Assembly (NCBI GenBank): GCA_964016885.1
Contig: OZ024746.1
Coordinates: forward strand, 30,256,001 to 30,320,000
Source: Eledone cirrhosa
Lineage: Eukaryota
DNA length: 64,000 nt
Direction of reading: 5' to 3'
In this document: positions 1 to 14,376 of the stretch, piece by piece
Layout: every line of letters starts with the position of its first letter
Position numbering within the stretch: the stretch's first letter is position 1
The notes under the pieces: generated by a model
Seen by the model: the letters and a program-made list of their open reading frames with translations, nothing else
What the model was told of the DNA's origin: nothing
Databases searched by the model: none
Made by a program: the position numbers and the translations under genes

Positions 1-460
1 GTAGAAGGTGATTGTGGTGTGTTAATGGTGATAGTTGAGTATATGATGATGATGGTAGTGGTAGTGGTGGCTGTAGTGGTGGTTGTGGTGAAGGTGGTGT
101 TAGTGATAGTGATGGTGATGCTGATTGTGGTGGTGGTGGTTGTTTTGGTGTTTGTGGTGGTAGTTGTCGTGGTTGTGTTGGTGATACTGTTCATCTTTAA
201 TATATTCTTGTTGGTAGTGTTGTTGATGTTGTTGGTGTTATTGGTTGTGTTGATTGTGTTGGTGGCGCTGGTAGTGTAGTAGTGTTGTTGTGGGTGTTGA
301 TGGTCATTGTGTTTGTGGTGTTGTTGATGTTTTCGGTAATAGTGTTGTTACTTTTCTTGTTGGTTGTGGTGATGTTGTCTGTGTCGGGGTGGTGTTGTTG
401 TTGGTGGTGGTGGTGATAATGTTGTTATTTTATTTTGTGTTCTTGTGATAGTGGGGGCGG
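1..460. repeat. Degenerate (GTG/GTT)n trinucleotide low-complexity tract
   Basis: Runs of gtg/gtt/gat triplets; the Val-rich ORF 19..279 is its translation. Confidence 0.85.
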
Positions 461-799
461 TGTTGACATTTCTAGCAGCGGCAAATTTGTTTCATAATTT
501 TCTAGTGCAGCGTTGGTGTTGTTCATACAGCTGATGTTGCTGCTACTACTACAGTTGCTGCTACTGATGCAGCTATTACCGGTTTATACAATTTTACCGT
601 TCCATTCTGCGGATTGCCGGCTTTTCCCTTCAGCCGAATAACACGATTCACCCAACAACCTTTTTCTTCAAACAAAAATTGAGGAGCGTGTTTGATAAAC
701 AAACCTTGGTTTCGCTCCTAAGGGCTACAGGTAGAGCTACACTAACCAGCTCACCAAGATACTGGTTATTTTAACTTTAAAAAAAGCAGTCACAAAATT

Positions 800-1455
800 G
801 GAGCGGTAGAAACACTTCTGAATTGGGAGGGTGGGCCAAATTTGGAAAATTTAGTTGCAGTGATTAGTTTTGCTCTTTGCACTCTAAAATGATCAGAAAA
901 CTTCAATATACGATAAACATAACATGTACATAAATTGAAGCGTATATCCAAATAGATGTGTTTTGGTAGTTTGGGGAGAAAATATAATTATAAGAGGGAA
1001 CATGCCCCCTCCCCAGTTCCACCGCCACTTTATATATATAATTGAAAGAAAATATGCCATGTGCCCTTTCCTCTATATCTACTACACGACACTCACTTTC
1101 AATACCCATCTCTATATCAATTAACACCAAACTCTCCCCCTCTCTATATCTATTACACGGAACTCTCTTCCAATTCCCCTCTCTATATCAATAAACATCA
1201 AGCTGTCCATTTCTCTATATCTAATATACAACACACTCTCCCAAGCTTCCTCTCTTTATCAATTACCACGAAACTCTCCCCCTCTCTCTCTCTATATATA
1301 TATATATATCTATCTCTCCCATATATCTCTAAATAACATGTACATAAATTGTAGCGCATATACAAATTGATGTGTTTTGGTATTTGTGTGAGAAAAATAT
1401 GATTATTGGGGGTGGGGCCATGCCTAAACCCACCACCACCCGTTCCACCGACCCT
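800..1455 (+). mobile_element. MITE-like non-autonomous DNA element (CAGGGGCGGTG-type ends, hAT-like) with a duplicated 3' half
   Basis: 815-950 matches 19692-19828 (gtgattagttt.gctctttgcactctaaaat...catgtacataaa), which begins caggggcggtg; ends ccaccgccac (1028) and ccaccgaccctg (1455); ~30-bp ctctatatc repeats lie between. Confidence 0.5.
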
Positions 1456-2244
1456 GAAAAAGTTGAATACGATTAATGACGTTGTTTCGAGACACGACAT
1501 ACTAAAGATAGTTGCAATAATAATAGAGGTGAAACTGAGAAGACAATAATCATTTGCTGGTGAATAATTTAATTTTTAAAATTTATCCCGAGGATATTCT
1601 TCATTCCCCGCCAACTTTATAAGTAATCACGTGTTTGTGTAGTTTGTCCTAATTTAGATGTTTCAGAGTTGAATTAATCACATAAACAAATTAATTATTT
1701 TAATTAAAGGTTGTTTTTAATTAAAGTTTGATTCATCTATAGGTCATATCTGACTTAGTTGACTAACGGTCAAATATATTCTGGTCATCACTATCACACA
1801 TATATATCTAAATTCATCAACGAACAAAAGTATTAAGGAATATATAGCCTTTTAAAAGAAATTTAAAAAAAAAGAGAAACTGAGAAATAAAAAATTGGGA
1901 GAATAATTAAATGTTGAAGAATTGGGAAGCAGGAGTAAATTTTACACTTTGGGGGTGGGTGAAATATCTCAGCAAAACGGCTAAATCATTGCCGTGGAAA
2001 ACAGCCAGTGGCACCTTCTGCATCAAACATTCCACCCCACAGAGCAAACTCAACCTCCTTGTCTGGCCGGTATAATCAAGTGTACTCAGCAGAGAGCAGT
2101 CAATGACATCATTACATCTCGTGGTGTTCTACCTTATGCGGAGTAAAATGTCAGTCTGGGTGCCGAACATATAAAATATCTTGATGGCAGTCTTTAACAT
2201 CCCATTTTTATTTCTTATGGGCTGCAGTGGCAGTGCCTGTCGCT

Positions 2245-2520
2245 GAAACAAAGTTCTTTTCTTCCATGACTCATCCCTGACTGAACTATACTCATGGAAT
2301 TGACGTGCAAGTGCCTGAGCATCCTAGAAACGAGTGCAAACTGAGCATAGTTCTAATGAGGATTCAGAATTGCACCGGGTGTGAACAGCCTGGCTCTTTG
2401 AATTACAAATAAAACCCTATTTCCATCTGAATTAACTGGAACAAAATGACATATGTCGTTGGGAATTGAATTCACGGCATTACGATTGTCAGCAAAACGC
2501 CTTAACCACTAAGCTAGATG
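2245..2520 (-). mobile_element. tRNA-derived SINE family 2, diverged copy
   Basis: acgtgcaagtg.ctgagca...tttgaattaca...gggaattgaattcacg...aaccactaagc, shared with 44453-44731. Confidence 0.75.
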
Positions 2521-3054
2521 TATTCTCTATGTTTTCCTACATAATCTTGGTGGAAACCTGAAGCATTAATTGGAGTATATTTAGTAGCTGTTTAATTATA
2601 GAATTCTAATTCCTTTCCTAGCCAAATCTGAAATATATCGATATAACTTTGATGAATCGTGTTAAAATTAGTTAATAGCCTAAAATTATCAGCGTTCTAT
2701 CTCTTTGGATTATTGCCAATCAGCTTTAGAATATAGAATAACATTTTAATTGAATGTCTGATTGTCTTATTGAAGAACCGGTCTCAGGAAAGCAGAACCG
2801 CACAATGATTACACACAGGTTAAAGATGTTTAACACCAATGCTTTTCTACTACAGGTAAGGAAAGGTTAAATAGATGAACAGTTTTAATTAATTACAGAA
2901 GAAATTTATTATTACGTAATTCTGTTGTTGTAGTTGCTGTCGTGACGACTGATCTTGCTATGATGTTGGTTATCCTACTACTACTAATACTCATCTTCCC
3001 TTCCTTGTCCCACCAAATTACTGGCCTTGCGCCTATACTAGAAATCATTATTAG

Positions 3055-3374
3055 TCGGACACCATGCTTTCCAGCATAGTTACATTTATTTACAGTCTGA
3101 GTTTAAATCCCGCCGAGGTTAACTTTGCCTTTCATCCTTACGGGGTCGATAAAATAAAGTACCAGTAATACACTGGTAATTGCTGGCCTTGTGTCAAAAG
3201 TAGAAACAATTATTATTATTAAGGGCGGTGAATTGGCAGTATCGGTAGAGGGTTGGACAACATGCTTTCTAGCATAGTTACTTCCCTTTACGGTCTGAGT
3301 TCAGATCCCGTCGAGGTTAATTTTGCCTTTCATCCTTACGGGGTCGATAAAATAAAGTACCAGTAATGTACTGT
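3055..3374 (+). mobile_element. Two tandem copies of tRNA-derived SINE family 1 (Meta-domain-like centre)
   Basis: A box tggcagtatcggtagag, B box gagttcagatccc, centre gaggttaactttgcctttcatccttacggggtcgataaaataaagtaccag, (att)n tail. Confidence 0.9.
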
Positions 3375-3735
3375 GTAAGTCGTTTACTCCTTCGCCTTTA
3401 CTCCATCAGAACCAAAATATCGTCTAATTCCTTCTTAAGAATTTACAAGATTCAATTCTTAGTCGGAGTGCAAGAACCGCGGGCTAATTGATTCCCAAAA
3501 GACAAACTAAAGGTGTTTAATTTAATTTTACATTTAATTCAAATTTTCATAGAGGTGTAATTTCATTAGACCAAAATGCTTCGACAGGTAAGTTAAATTA
3601 ACTTGATGTGTTTAAAAAGAGAAAATCTCAGCCTAACAGGATTAAATGTGCAACTAAAAGTCCTTGGTACACACATGCATATATATGTAGGTGTATGCAT
3701 TCATATATACATATACGTATATATATATATATATA

Positions 3736-3830
<95 letters not shown>

Positions 3831-3934
3831 AAAAAAGATGAAATCGAAAAGGCAACTGGAGTCTTTTTTTTTTAGGAATATCAAACTATGCATAACATGC
3901 TTTTGAGGAGGGATCATAGTGTATACTTCTAATG

Positions 3935-3965
<31 letters not shown>

Positions 3966-4253
3966 ATGTGTGTGTGTGCGTGTGTGTGTGTGTGTGTGTA
4001 TGCATGCGTCAGTGTCAGTGTGCGTATCTGTATATTTGTGTATGTGTCCCTGTAATTTTCTAGACATACATAATTACTTAATTAAATTTATACACGTCAT
4101 ACACATACTATATATATATATTTTTATATGTGTGTGTGTGTGTGTAAATGTATATATGCATATGTATGTATACATGTATGTATATGTACATGTATGTATA
4201 TATATATATATGTGTGTGTTTATATACAATATGGAAGTACTTTTGTATGGGTG

Positions 4254-4314
<61 letters not shown>

Positions 4315-4513
4315 ATATATGTACATGTATGAAGTTTTCACACTAATTTTAAATACCATTAGACTAAGACTGAATTAGTACTGATTGTAGAAATTGCTCT
4401 TACTTGAACCACCAAAGAAATAAATGCTATCACCCAAATATATACACTTGTTGACCGTTTCCTCGCAATACCTCGGCTAATTTTCTCTTCGAATATCTCT
4501 CTCTCTCTCTCTC

Positions 4514-4597
<84 letters not shown>

Positions 4598-4840
4598 GCA
4601 CATACATTCGTATATATGTAAATATATACATATATAATTCCGTGGTAATATATCCGTTAATAGTTTTTAGGCATAGATTTATAAATTTCTGTCTACGCAT
4701 TGTTCAGCACTCGACGCAGTATAATGAACTGTCTGATGAGATCGAGTCTGAATATTGCATAATACATGGCATCAAAATACGTATAACATAGAATACATAC
4801 TGAGTAGTATGTGATGAAACTCAAACACTACCTTCTAATT

Positions 4841-4881
<41 letters not shown>

Positions 4882-5047
4882 GGTGTGGGATGCTTAAGGC
4901 GTCCGTAATCGGTAGGCCGTTTGAGCACTCGATGCGCTTACAGAGCAGAGTATGATATCATATAAGAAATGGAGAATCAGTGTTGCGACGAATAAAATTT
5001 ATTCGTCGCAACACTGTTTCTCCGTTTCTTATGTGATATATATATAT

Positions 5048-5093
<46 letters not shown>

Positions 5094-5336
5094 GAGTAGG
5101 AATGAGGTGTCAAAGGCATCTCGTTTGGTGCTAAGATATGTGTCTACCAATCTTGTTTCCTGAGTGCTCTCTTGTATTCTTCTCAGACTTGGACTACATG
5201 CCGACGTCATATCAAGACGTTGGAAATATTCCACCAAAGATACCTAAGGCGTATTTTGAGCATTAAGTCACAGTTATTTACACATAGCCCAATTGTTTTG
5301 CAGCAAGCCAATAGATACAGCTTATAAAAACTACCC

Positions 5337-5910
5337 ATTCGGAACCAACTGCGTTGGGCAGGGCATTTAAGCTGAATGGGAGATGAGAGTTTGTCTAAGC
5401 AAATAGGTTATGGAGAGTTAACACATGCTAAACTTCCCAGATACGAACCCAAGAAAGGTTTCGGAGATGTTGTTCAAGGCAAACTGAAGACACTTGGTAT
5501 TAGATTTGAGGATTGGGAAGATGAGGCAGAGAGAAAATCTGTTTGAAGAAGTCTGGTTTATGATGTTTTTAATCGTTTTGAGGTCAAAAGAATGAAACAG
5601 TCAGTGTTTAAAAGAACGCCCAGGAAAGATAACGTAGACTCAGCATGTCTGTAACATCTGCGGAAAGGTTGTTCTTTCTTGTGCCGCGATTGCTAGTCAT
5701 TTAAGAGCACACAACAATCAGCTGTCAGGGACAGATTATGTTGGTCTCCTCCCTGAAAGGCTTGCGTGGTTTTTGCAACAAAGCCTGTAGGTCTGCTGCT
5801 GGATTCAAGCAGCATATGAAAGTGCATAAGAGGAGGTTACGTTCAGGACTGTCCGAGACACACGTGTGAGTCATATCAGTAAAACAATAGGTTTGCGGAG
5901 TCATTTGTGG
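5337..5910 (+). pseudogene. RTE-clade LINE ORF 3' remnant
   Basis: Hand translation IRNQLRWAGHLS*MGDESLSKQIGYGELTHAKLPRYEPKKGFGDVVQGKLKTLGIRFEDWEDEAERKSV*R, followed by a C2H2-like CGFCNKACRSAAGFKQHMKVH; internal stops. Confidence 0.85.
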
Positions 5911-6176
5911 GCTCATGGCCGTTCAGCACAACGTATAGAACGTAATAATTAAGCAAACAATTAATGAGAACTCTGTGCGAAATGCAGTTTGGCCTAGAGG
6001 TCTAGAACTGAAGCCCCCTTTCACTTGATCCGATAACAGATGGTGAAGGAATTTTATATGCATTTTACATTATATTCCCAATGCATTGTGAATGTAATCA
6101 AAATCACTATTTTCATCACTTCTACCCTTATTTCCAACTCGATATACACACACATATATATGTATATATATATATG

Positions 6177-6256
<80 letters not shown>

Positions 6257-6261
<5 letters not shown>

Positions 6262-6486
6262 GTGAGGTTTTTTTTACAAAATGAAAAATAACCGAGGTGT
6301 CCTACACGAGTGGAAGTATAAAGAAAAAGGGATGAAATCGAAAATGCAACTGAAACCACAGACCCTCCATCTCAACTCACCTTTTGAAAAGCAGAAGAAC
6401 TGCGAAACCGGTAAAGGAACCAAATAAATATATATATTTTTTAAAAAAATAAGACTTCAGTTGCATTTTCGATTTCATCCCTTTTT

Positions 6487-6493
<7 letters not shown>
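6257..6493 (+). mobile_element. PLE-like fold-back element in (TA)n, family A
   Basis: Inverted arms 6316-6353 / 6456-6493 (tataaagaaaaagggatgaaatcgaaaatgcaactgaa); related fragment at 3828-3870. Confidence 0.75.
6380..6417 (+). ncRNA. Minimal hammerhead ribozyme, U3-A8 core variant
   Basis: cctt-TTGAAAA-gcag aagaa ctgc-GAAA-ccgg-TA-aagg: all three stems pair, stem III palindromic. Confidence 0.7.
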
Positions 6494-6522
<29 letters not shown>

Positions 6523-6667
6523 TTAAATTATAGAACTTAATAATTAAGCGAACAATTAGTTAATATCTTCTATCGCGTTAATCAAAAACCAAAAATGAAA
6601 AATACATAGATACAAAATGAGAGAGGAAAAATGTATGAGATAAAACAAAGTTATATATATATATGTA

Positions 6668-6699
<32 letters not shown>

Positions 6700-6741
6700 T
6701 ATATATTTATATACATGTGTGTGTATATATATATATATAAG

Positions 6742-6967
6742 AGAGAGTATTGAAGTTTGCTTGAAGCATTTTTTTGTCGTTTTGAAAGCCTCAACAATGC
6801 AGATGGGTAAATCTCCGGGTAACAGAATCCGGTGGTGAAGAGAGAGATGTAAGGGAATGTAGAATGAGATGTAAGTGTGTAGAGGAACGTAGGAAAGAGC
6901 GTAAAAAATAAAAATAATAACACGAGATAGAGTTAATTTGGGAGAGATTAAATTGTCATATAGTGTG

Positions 6968-6968
<1 letters not shown>
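6742..6968 (-). mobile_element. PLE-like terminal fragment, family N
   Basis: Homologous to 58240-58500; an inverted piece of its end lies at 7603-7630. Confidence 0.65.
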
Positions 6969-7017
<49 letters not shown>

Positions 7018-7532
7018 CAAACACACACACATATAAATATATATATATATATATATTTAATACAATAACAGAGATAGTTTAAAGCTAAACTCTGACTGGT
7101 ATCCATATCACTCAACAAACATTAGGTTATATTTAAATATAAACCCAATTTAAGTGTTTGGGGTGCTAACAATATGTATAATGTGGAAAAACCAGTTGTA
7201 TTATTTTATGAGATATAATTAAAGTTAAAATACATCTCTCTTTCCAAACAATTGTTTCATTATAAGTTTTCTACAAGTTGGGAGAATATATCCAGTTTAT
7301 GTAGAAGCCTAATATATATTCATATAAGAATATATTTAGGTGGGCGCTTATAAATCATCAGTGGAAGCCCATTAAACTTTGATATAAGAAAGAAATTCTT
7401 ATCGCAGTCAAAAATCGTGTCTGTTAAGTTGCTCCTTCTCGCATCAAATGACCGCCAAATTTGAAATTCCAGCAGTTCTTGACTGAGGAAGTATCATAGG
7501 TGTGTATATATTTATATATATATATGTGTGTG

Positions 7533-7600
<68 letters not shown>

Positions 7601-7653
7601 CACACTATATGGCAATTAAATCTCTCCCAAATATATATATATATATATATATA

Positions 7654-7855
7654 TAGGAAAAAGTATGACCCCGACGGCAGAGCTCAAGCCGTTTCGACGG
7701 CTATTTATGGACTGAAAGAGTCCAGAAATAGACGTCGAAACGGCTTGAGCTCTGCCATCGGGGTCATACTTCTTCCTATTACCCACTCTACTACCCTAAG
7801 TATTGAGTACTCTGGTGCGTTATGGTCCATCTGGTTCCTTACCTCAATTCCTTCG

Positions 7856-7857
<2 letters not shown>
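7654..7857 (+). mobile_element. Fold-back element, family B (3' half of a hammerhead)
   Basis: Hairpin 7654-7777 plus unique tail ending ccttcgtt(ta)n; further copies at 7982-8072, 33013, 38168, 41789, 43886 and 47702. Confidence 0.85.
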
Positions 7858-7895
<38 letters not shown>

Positions 7896-7944
7896 TTTAT
7901 TATTTATATATATATATATATATATAAATATATATATATATATT

Positions 7945-7985
<41 letters not shown>

Positions 7986-8091
7986 TTTTCAGCCAGGCTA
8001 AAAATTCTAATTTAGTCCAGAAATACCCGTCGAAACACCTTGAGCTCTGCCGTCGGGGTCATACTTTTTCCTATATATATATATATATAAA

Positions 8092-8548
8092 ATAAAATAA
8101 AATAAAATAAATAAGTCAAATGTTTAAAATTTGGCTTCGTTTATTACTGCTATATATATTTCGGTGACAGCCATCTTTGGCTGTGGTAGAGACGAGTACA
8201 CATGTTGATGAGGTGTATAACTTTGTCAATACTCTGATATGCCCAGTTCCTTAGTGAAATAACAACCCAACCAGGAACTGGGCATATCAGAGTATTGACA
8301 AAGTTATACATCTCAACATGTGTACTCGTCTCTACCACACTAATTCGGACTACCTGAAGAGGTCACAGCCAAAGATGGCTGTCACCGAAATATATATATA
8401 GCTGTAATAAACGAAGCCAAATTTTAAACATTTGACTTATTTATTTTATTTTATTTTACATTACTCCGGAGTAACCAAACCAACCTGCGCACTTCGTCGA
8501 GTGCTCCAATCTGCATACTGAGGTGTTGGTATACAACCAACATATACT

Positions 8549-8550
<2 letters not shown>
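8092..8550 (+). mobile_element. Fold-back PLE-like element, family C
   Basis: Nested inverted arms 8092-8250 / 8273-8457; unfolded homolog at 56575-57082. Confidence 0.85.
8349..8405 (+). ncRNA. Hammerhead ribozyme, family C
   Basis: CTGAAGA-ggtcacagcca aaga tggctgtcacc-GAAA-tatata-TA; consensus stem I actgc/gcagt derived from the other arm and the 56758 copy. Confidence 0.75.
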
Positions 8551-8608
<58 letters not shown>

Positions 8609-9964
8609 TTACGCAGTCTCAGTTACTTGTATTCCGCATATATACTTATATAGCTTTATCGTATACAGCGGTTGCTTAAAGCACACAGACACAGGTACAA
8701 ACCCGCACAGACACACACAAACACACACTCACTTGTGTATGTTTATATATATATATATATATATATATACCAGAAAAGTCAACATAATATACTATTACAC
8801 CAAAACTAACCTGACCACTTATTCGTCATCTGTAAGACCTATCGTCTCTATGCTCAACTTATTTGACTATTAAATAGTGAAACTTGCCTTGCAGCAGATT
8901 ACAATTCGAATTCTCTCAATACTTCGTAAAATGATGCTATATTTGTTTAAAAGTTTATACATAATTGACTAGTGTAGTAGAGAGAGTGTGCCTTGTGCAA
9001 AGTACAGCTGATCTTTAAAAAAACAAGAACACGAACTGCTTGACGGAAATTGGGGATTTAAGTGACTAATCTAATATACATCTGTGAAGATTTTATTCGT
9101 TATGAGATTATAGTTGTCACTAGGAATTGAAACCGTATAAAAGAATCGTGCATAGAAGAGTTTATCTCTAAAATGGTAGTCGTATCATATAGCTTAATAT
9201 AAGATTGGAAAATATCTCAAAACGCCATTGTTTATTTACAATACAGAATTGTGTTATCTTTTTGAAAGTGCACAATGGAAAACTAGGGAGTGACAAAATA
9301 GAATAGAGCCGAATTCAGCAGCAACCTTATCGAATGTATGCTTTTGGCGAAAACTTTTGTACACGAATAACATTTTCCAACACAAAAGCATTTCATGGGG
9401 ACAGATCGTCTCGGTATGGCAAGAGTTTCTAATTGAATTTCAATGTTAAAAGCTTCAAGGATGTTTCTTCTGGCTACAATAGAGTGGAAATAATAACAAA
9501 CTAAAATTGTTATCTTGTTAAATTACTGATAGAAAATCTGATTTCGCCAACGCAAATAATCAACTCAACTTGGAACAAAACAAGAGATAAAATTATTAAA
9601 AATATATTAAATAAACAACCGAATAGAAGATAACTGTTAACCCTTTAGCTTAAATAAAGGCATGGCCGAATGGCTGAGAGGTTCGCTTCATGACATAGGA
9701 ATCCTGGGTTTGACACCTGACTGCAAGGCATCTTCGGTGTGTGCCATTTGCCATAGCTTCGGATCGACCTACGCCCTGAGATATACCATGTATATCTTTG
9801 TAGTAAAAAAAATGCAGACTTAGTAATTTACTTAGTGTGGTCAGTGCAAGAAGTGTCAGAACCTAGATTTATCAGCTTAACAAACAATAAGTTAAAATTA
9901 TTTTCATTGAGTAAATGAAAAACATAACTGATAGAAGCGGGTCCATATGAGAAACGTAGTCAAG

Positions 9965-10335
9965 GGCGCTAAATACCCAGGTGTATTTTGTAGAGGTAGT
10001 TTAGGAGGCTTAAATACCCAGGTGAACTTTGTAGGGGTAGTTTATGGAGCTAAATACCCAAGTGCATTTTTTAAGGGAGTAATTAAAAACCCAGGGATAC
10101 TTTGTAGGGGTAGTTTAAGACGCTAAATACCTAGGGTCGTTTTGTTGAAGTAGTTTAGGTAGCTGAATACCCAGGTGCACTTTGTAAGGGTAGTTTAGGG
10201 GGCTAAATACCAGGTACACTTTGTAGGGGTAGTTTAGGACACTAAATACCTAGGTTTACTTTGTATGGGTAATTTAGAAAGATAAATATCCAGGCTTAGG
10301 TTGTAAGGTTAGTCAAGGGAGTTAAATACCCAGGA
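9965..10335. repeat. ~40-bp minisatellite, ~10 copies
   Basis: Unit approx. ctaaatacccaggtgtactttgtaggggtagtttaggggg. Confidence 0.9.
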
Positions 10336-11648
10336 GTTTCCCTGGTTTTATGTGTATGATGCATGACTAAAAGAATATATTTGTTCTTTTTTAAAATCAA
10401 ATCAGTGGTATTTCTTTCAGTTATATAGTAACAGAAATACAGATAAAACTGTCAATATTAGAGATGTAATATGTTGTAAAGAATCCTCCAACCATAAACA
10501 AGATATTTCAATACATGGAGGCTACGAAAGAATTCAACAACAAGAACGTTTAATTGCATTATAGCTGTCCATAATATTCACCTTCTTTCATATTTTGCTT
10601 CTTTGCCATTCCTCTTCTCCAACCTCCTCCTCTCTTTTCCTTTTTCTCTCTCTCTCTCCCTCCCTCTCTCCCTCTTCCTCTGTTCCTTTCGTCTTCTCGC
10701 CTTCTCTCATTTGTTTCTCAATTATAAGAGTTACTAGATACCCTTCTCCGTCTACTCTCTCTACACGGACATTTAAACTGACTAAATAAATAAATATATA
10801 TATATAGAGAGAGAGAAATGCGAAGAAAAACAAATAAAACAACATTTGCACGTTAATCACGAAAAATAATCACGGAATCAAAAACGACGGAAGAAAATTG
10901 AGAGGAAGAATAACGAAAAAAAAATTTTAAAACAGAAATCAAAAAGGAAAAATAATGGAAGGAGTCTTTTTCTTAAATTGGAAACAGAAATTACATGACA
11001 ACAATAATTAAATTAGAAGTCATTGACTTTAGCAAGAGGTCTTATTTCTTCTTTACAAAAGTTAATCTTCTTTGAAAAGATGGTTTTCGCTAATGTATAT
11101 GCGTATGTATCTATTCTTTATATATATATATATATATATATATAAAGAATAGACTAAAATAAAATTATTTCAGTCATTACAGCTTAAATATCTCAAATAT
11201 TATTTATAGGCTAAAAACCATAACTTGTAGTGCTTCGTTCTTTCAAAATTTATATTTAGGTATAAATATTTACAGTATATTAAAAACTACCATTGCAAGC
11301 AAAATAGACATCTTAAAATAAAAATATAATTTCACCTACAAATTCATGCCTATACCGCGGTTTCGTTCTGACAAAGAAATAGATATTAACTAAGATAATT
11401 AATTAATTATTAAAACTTCATACACTCATCATTAACCAATGTCTTAAAACATACCTTATAGATTTTACAAGAAAATTCAAGGGAAATACCTAATGTTGTT
11501 ACATGCCCTGACAGCAAAACTACCACTCAGAAAAAAGACATACTAATATTATAAATAAGGTTCCATCTGCTTTTAGCTTTAAAACAGTAGGTCTGACGTC
11601 AAAGGCCAGGTATTAAAAGGGTAGCTATAAATAGACCCATAATAACCC

Positions 11649-11689
<41 letters not shown>

Positions 11690-11767
11690 ATGTCTGTGTG
11701 TAATCTAGTTAACTTACAAAGCATATTTAAAAACATAGTCACTACAATACAAATAACTATAATAATA

Positions 11768-11959
11768 AATAATTGTTTCTACTTTTGGCACAAGGCCAGC
11801 AATTACCCAGTGCATTACTGGTACTTTATTTTATCGACCCCGTAAGGATGAAAGGCAAAGTTAACCTCGGCGGGATTTGAACTCAGTCCGTAAAGGGACG
11901 TAACTGTGCTGCAAAGCATGGCGTCCGACCCTCTACCGATACTGCCAATCCACCGCCCT
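11768..11959 (-). mobile_element. SINE family 1, full length
   Basis: Reverse complement of the 3221 copy, with A/B boxes and (att)n tail. Confidence 0.92.
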
Positions 11960-12431
11960 ATAATAATAAATAATAATGGAATAAATCAATTTATCTAACT
12001 ATGTTTTATAGTTATCAATTATTATAGTCATGTACAATTTGGTGACTATATTCTCAAACCCAAATCTTCGTGTACGATTTGTTATCTACATTGTGCACCA
12101 TTTAGCTTTTATTTCCAATAAATTACATTATTTGGTACATTTACACCCGTAGTTTCACTAGACTTTGCATCATCCTATGGAAACTAGTGTTATTTACTAC
12201 CGAAGAGGTTTAATAACTAACAGAAACAGAGTAGGTCTCGCGTTGTCATTGTACTTTATATCCATCACTTATTATGCCGATTTGTGGTCTTTCCGGTCTT
12301 AGAACTGCGAAAACACACACACACATTCTCTCTCTCTCTCTCTCTCTGACTCACTCACTCTCTCCTCTCTGACTCTCTCTCTCTCTCCTTATATACTTAG
12401 AACTGCGAAAACACACACACACACACACACA

Positions 12432-12469
<38 letters not shown>

Positions 12470-12553
12470 ATATATATATATATGTGTGTGTGTGTATGTG
12501 TGTGTGTGTGTTTGTGTGCGTGCGTGCGTGTGTCTGTGTGTGTGTGTGCGTGC

Positions 12554-12615
<62 letters not shown>

Positions 12616-14323
12616 GCGTTTGTCGGGGTGTAAATGTACATTGCTGAGTGACACTATGCTCAATTTGAAAATATATCTACAAAAATGTACCATGAATACC
12701 TTACAATCGAAAATAGATTTATGCCAAAGTCGAACGGCTCTACACACTTCACGTTACATGATATGATATAACCGAAGAAAATCGATATCACAAAAGAACA
12801 GACGCTGATGTCTCAGAATAGATATTTAAGAGAAATTTTTCTATGAGAGAATCATTAGGACTAATATAAAGACTATTAGAAAATGGATCCGCTAGTAAGT
12901 GAAAGCAATAATAGGTTATAGACATGATACGGTTCACTAACTTAACAATTGGTATTGATAAACCGGAATTGTGAGTGGCAATGACAATAGGTAAAGATAA
13001 GTTGAAATAAAGACGACCAAAGAATAGGAATTGTGTGGCAGAACAATACGATATTGATGTATTTCAATCAGAAATCAAGAAATTGACCTGAAATGATTGG
13101 GAGAAGAAGAAAAAAGTATTATGAATGAATAAATGAAAGATATGATGGGAGATAATGAAGATACTTAGTGAAAAGAAAAATAGAAAATGAAGTCAAATAA
13201 GTTGTGAATCACTAATTGATGTTTCTTGTATGTCGTTTTGTTTTATTGATATTGAGAAGAGACTGTGTACATAATTGACAATAGTGTTGGCATTTAACGG
13301 AAGGTTCCAATCGTTCGTACATAACACAGCGCTGTGTGTATCTAAAGAGATCGATTCTCAACCCCGTGGGGCTCCTTTGGAAAGTGTCTTCTTACATAGA
13401 TACTATTTGCTCACTGAATAAATAATACTGTGTGTGAATGTGTTATTTGTATGTGTTTGCATGAATGTTTGTTTGGCTATATGTTCTTAGTGTATGTTAG
13501 TGTATCTCTGTATGCGTCGATTACTGTGCTTTAATGTGGTCGAGTATGTGAATATGTGTGCGTTTGTGTATGTGATCGTTAGTGAATTTGTGTCTTTGTG
13601 GGTCAGTTTATGTTGGTGCATGCGTGTATATGTGCGTTAGAGTGTTTGAGTATCTCTGCAAGTGTGCGTTAGTATAACTTAATATGTGTTAGTATATGTG
13701 TGAATACAACTTTCCTAGTGTATAGAAGTGCGTTAGTGTATGTTAGTGTATTTATGTATGTGTGTATACGTTTAAATTCCTTAGTGTGTATATATGTTTA
13801 GTGTATTTATGTTTTAGTGTAACTCTGTATGTAGGTGTTAGTGTATTTAGTATGATTGGATGTGTGCGTTAATATGTATTAGAGTATCTGTGTATGTGTG
13901 TGTTACTGTGTATATGTATGTTAGTGTATAGGTGTGTTTTTGTGTTGGTGTACATGTGTGTTAGTGAATACGTGTGTGTGTGTATTGTATTTAAACGCCA
14001 AATCAACAAATATTCTACGAGATAACAAGAATATGTATGTAAATATGCCGATTCAGATAGAAATCTCTTACTAAAAATATACAATAAATAAGTATGTATA
14101 TATTAAAACAACAATATTTTCTGTGAAACAATATCTGATAAATCTTGATTGATTTTTAGATATTTTCGATATAAAGTATGCAGCATGTGGTTTTCCTTCC
14201 GTTGAAAACTAAAACTAAAATATTTATCTCTAAATCTATGTATTTCTAAGAAATGCCTTTTTTTTCTTATTATTTACATGTAATTATGAATTAAAACAAT
14301 CTAAATCCACATTAATTCATCTT

Positions 14324-14376
<53 letters not shown>

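Noticed and set aside
3221-3320. tRNA gene
   Set aside because: A/B boxes belong to a multi-copy SINE head and there is no complete cloverleaf.
4727-4765. ctgatgag...gaat as a hammerhead
   Set aside because: No GAAA and no convincing stem III or cleavage triplet.
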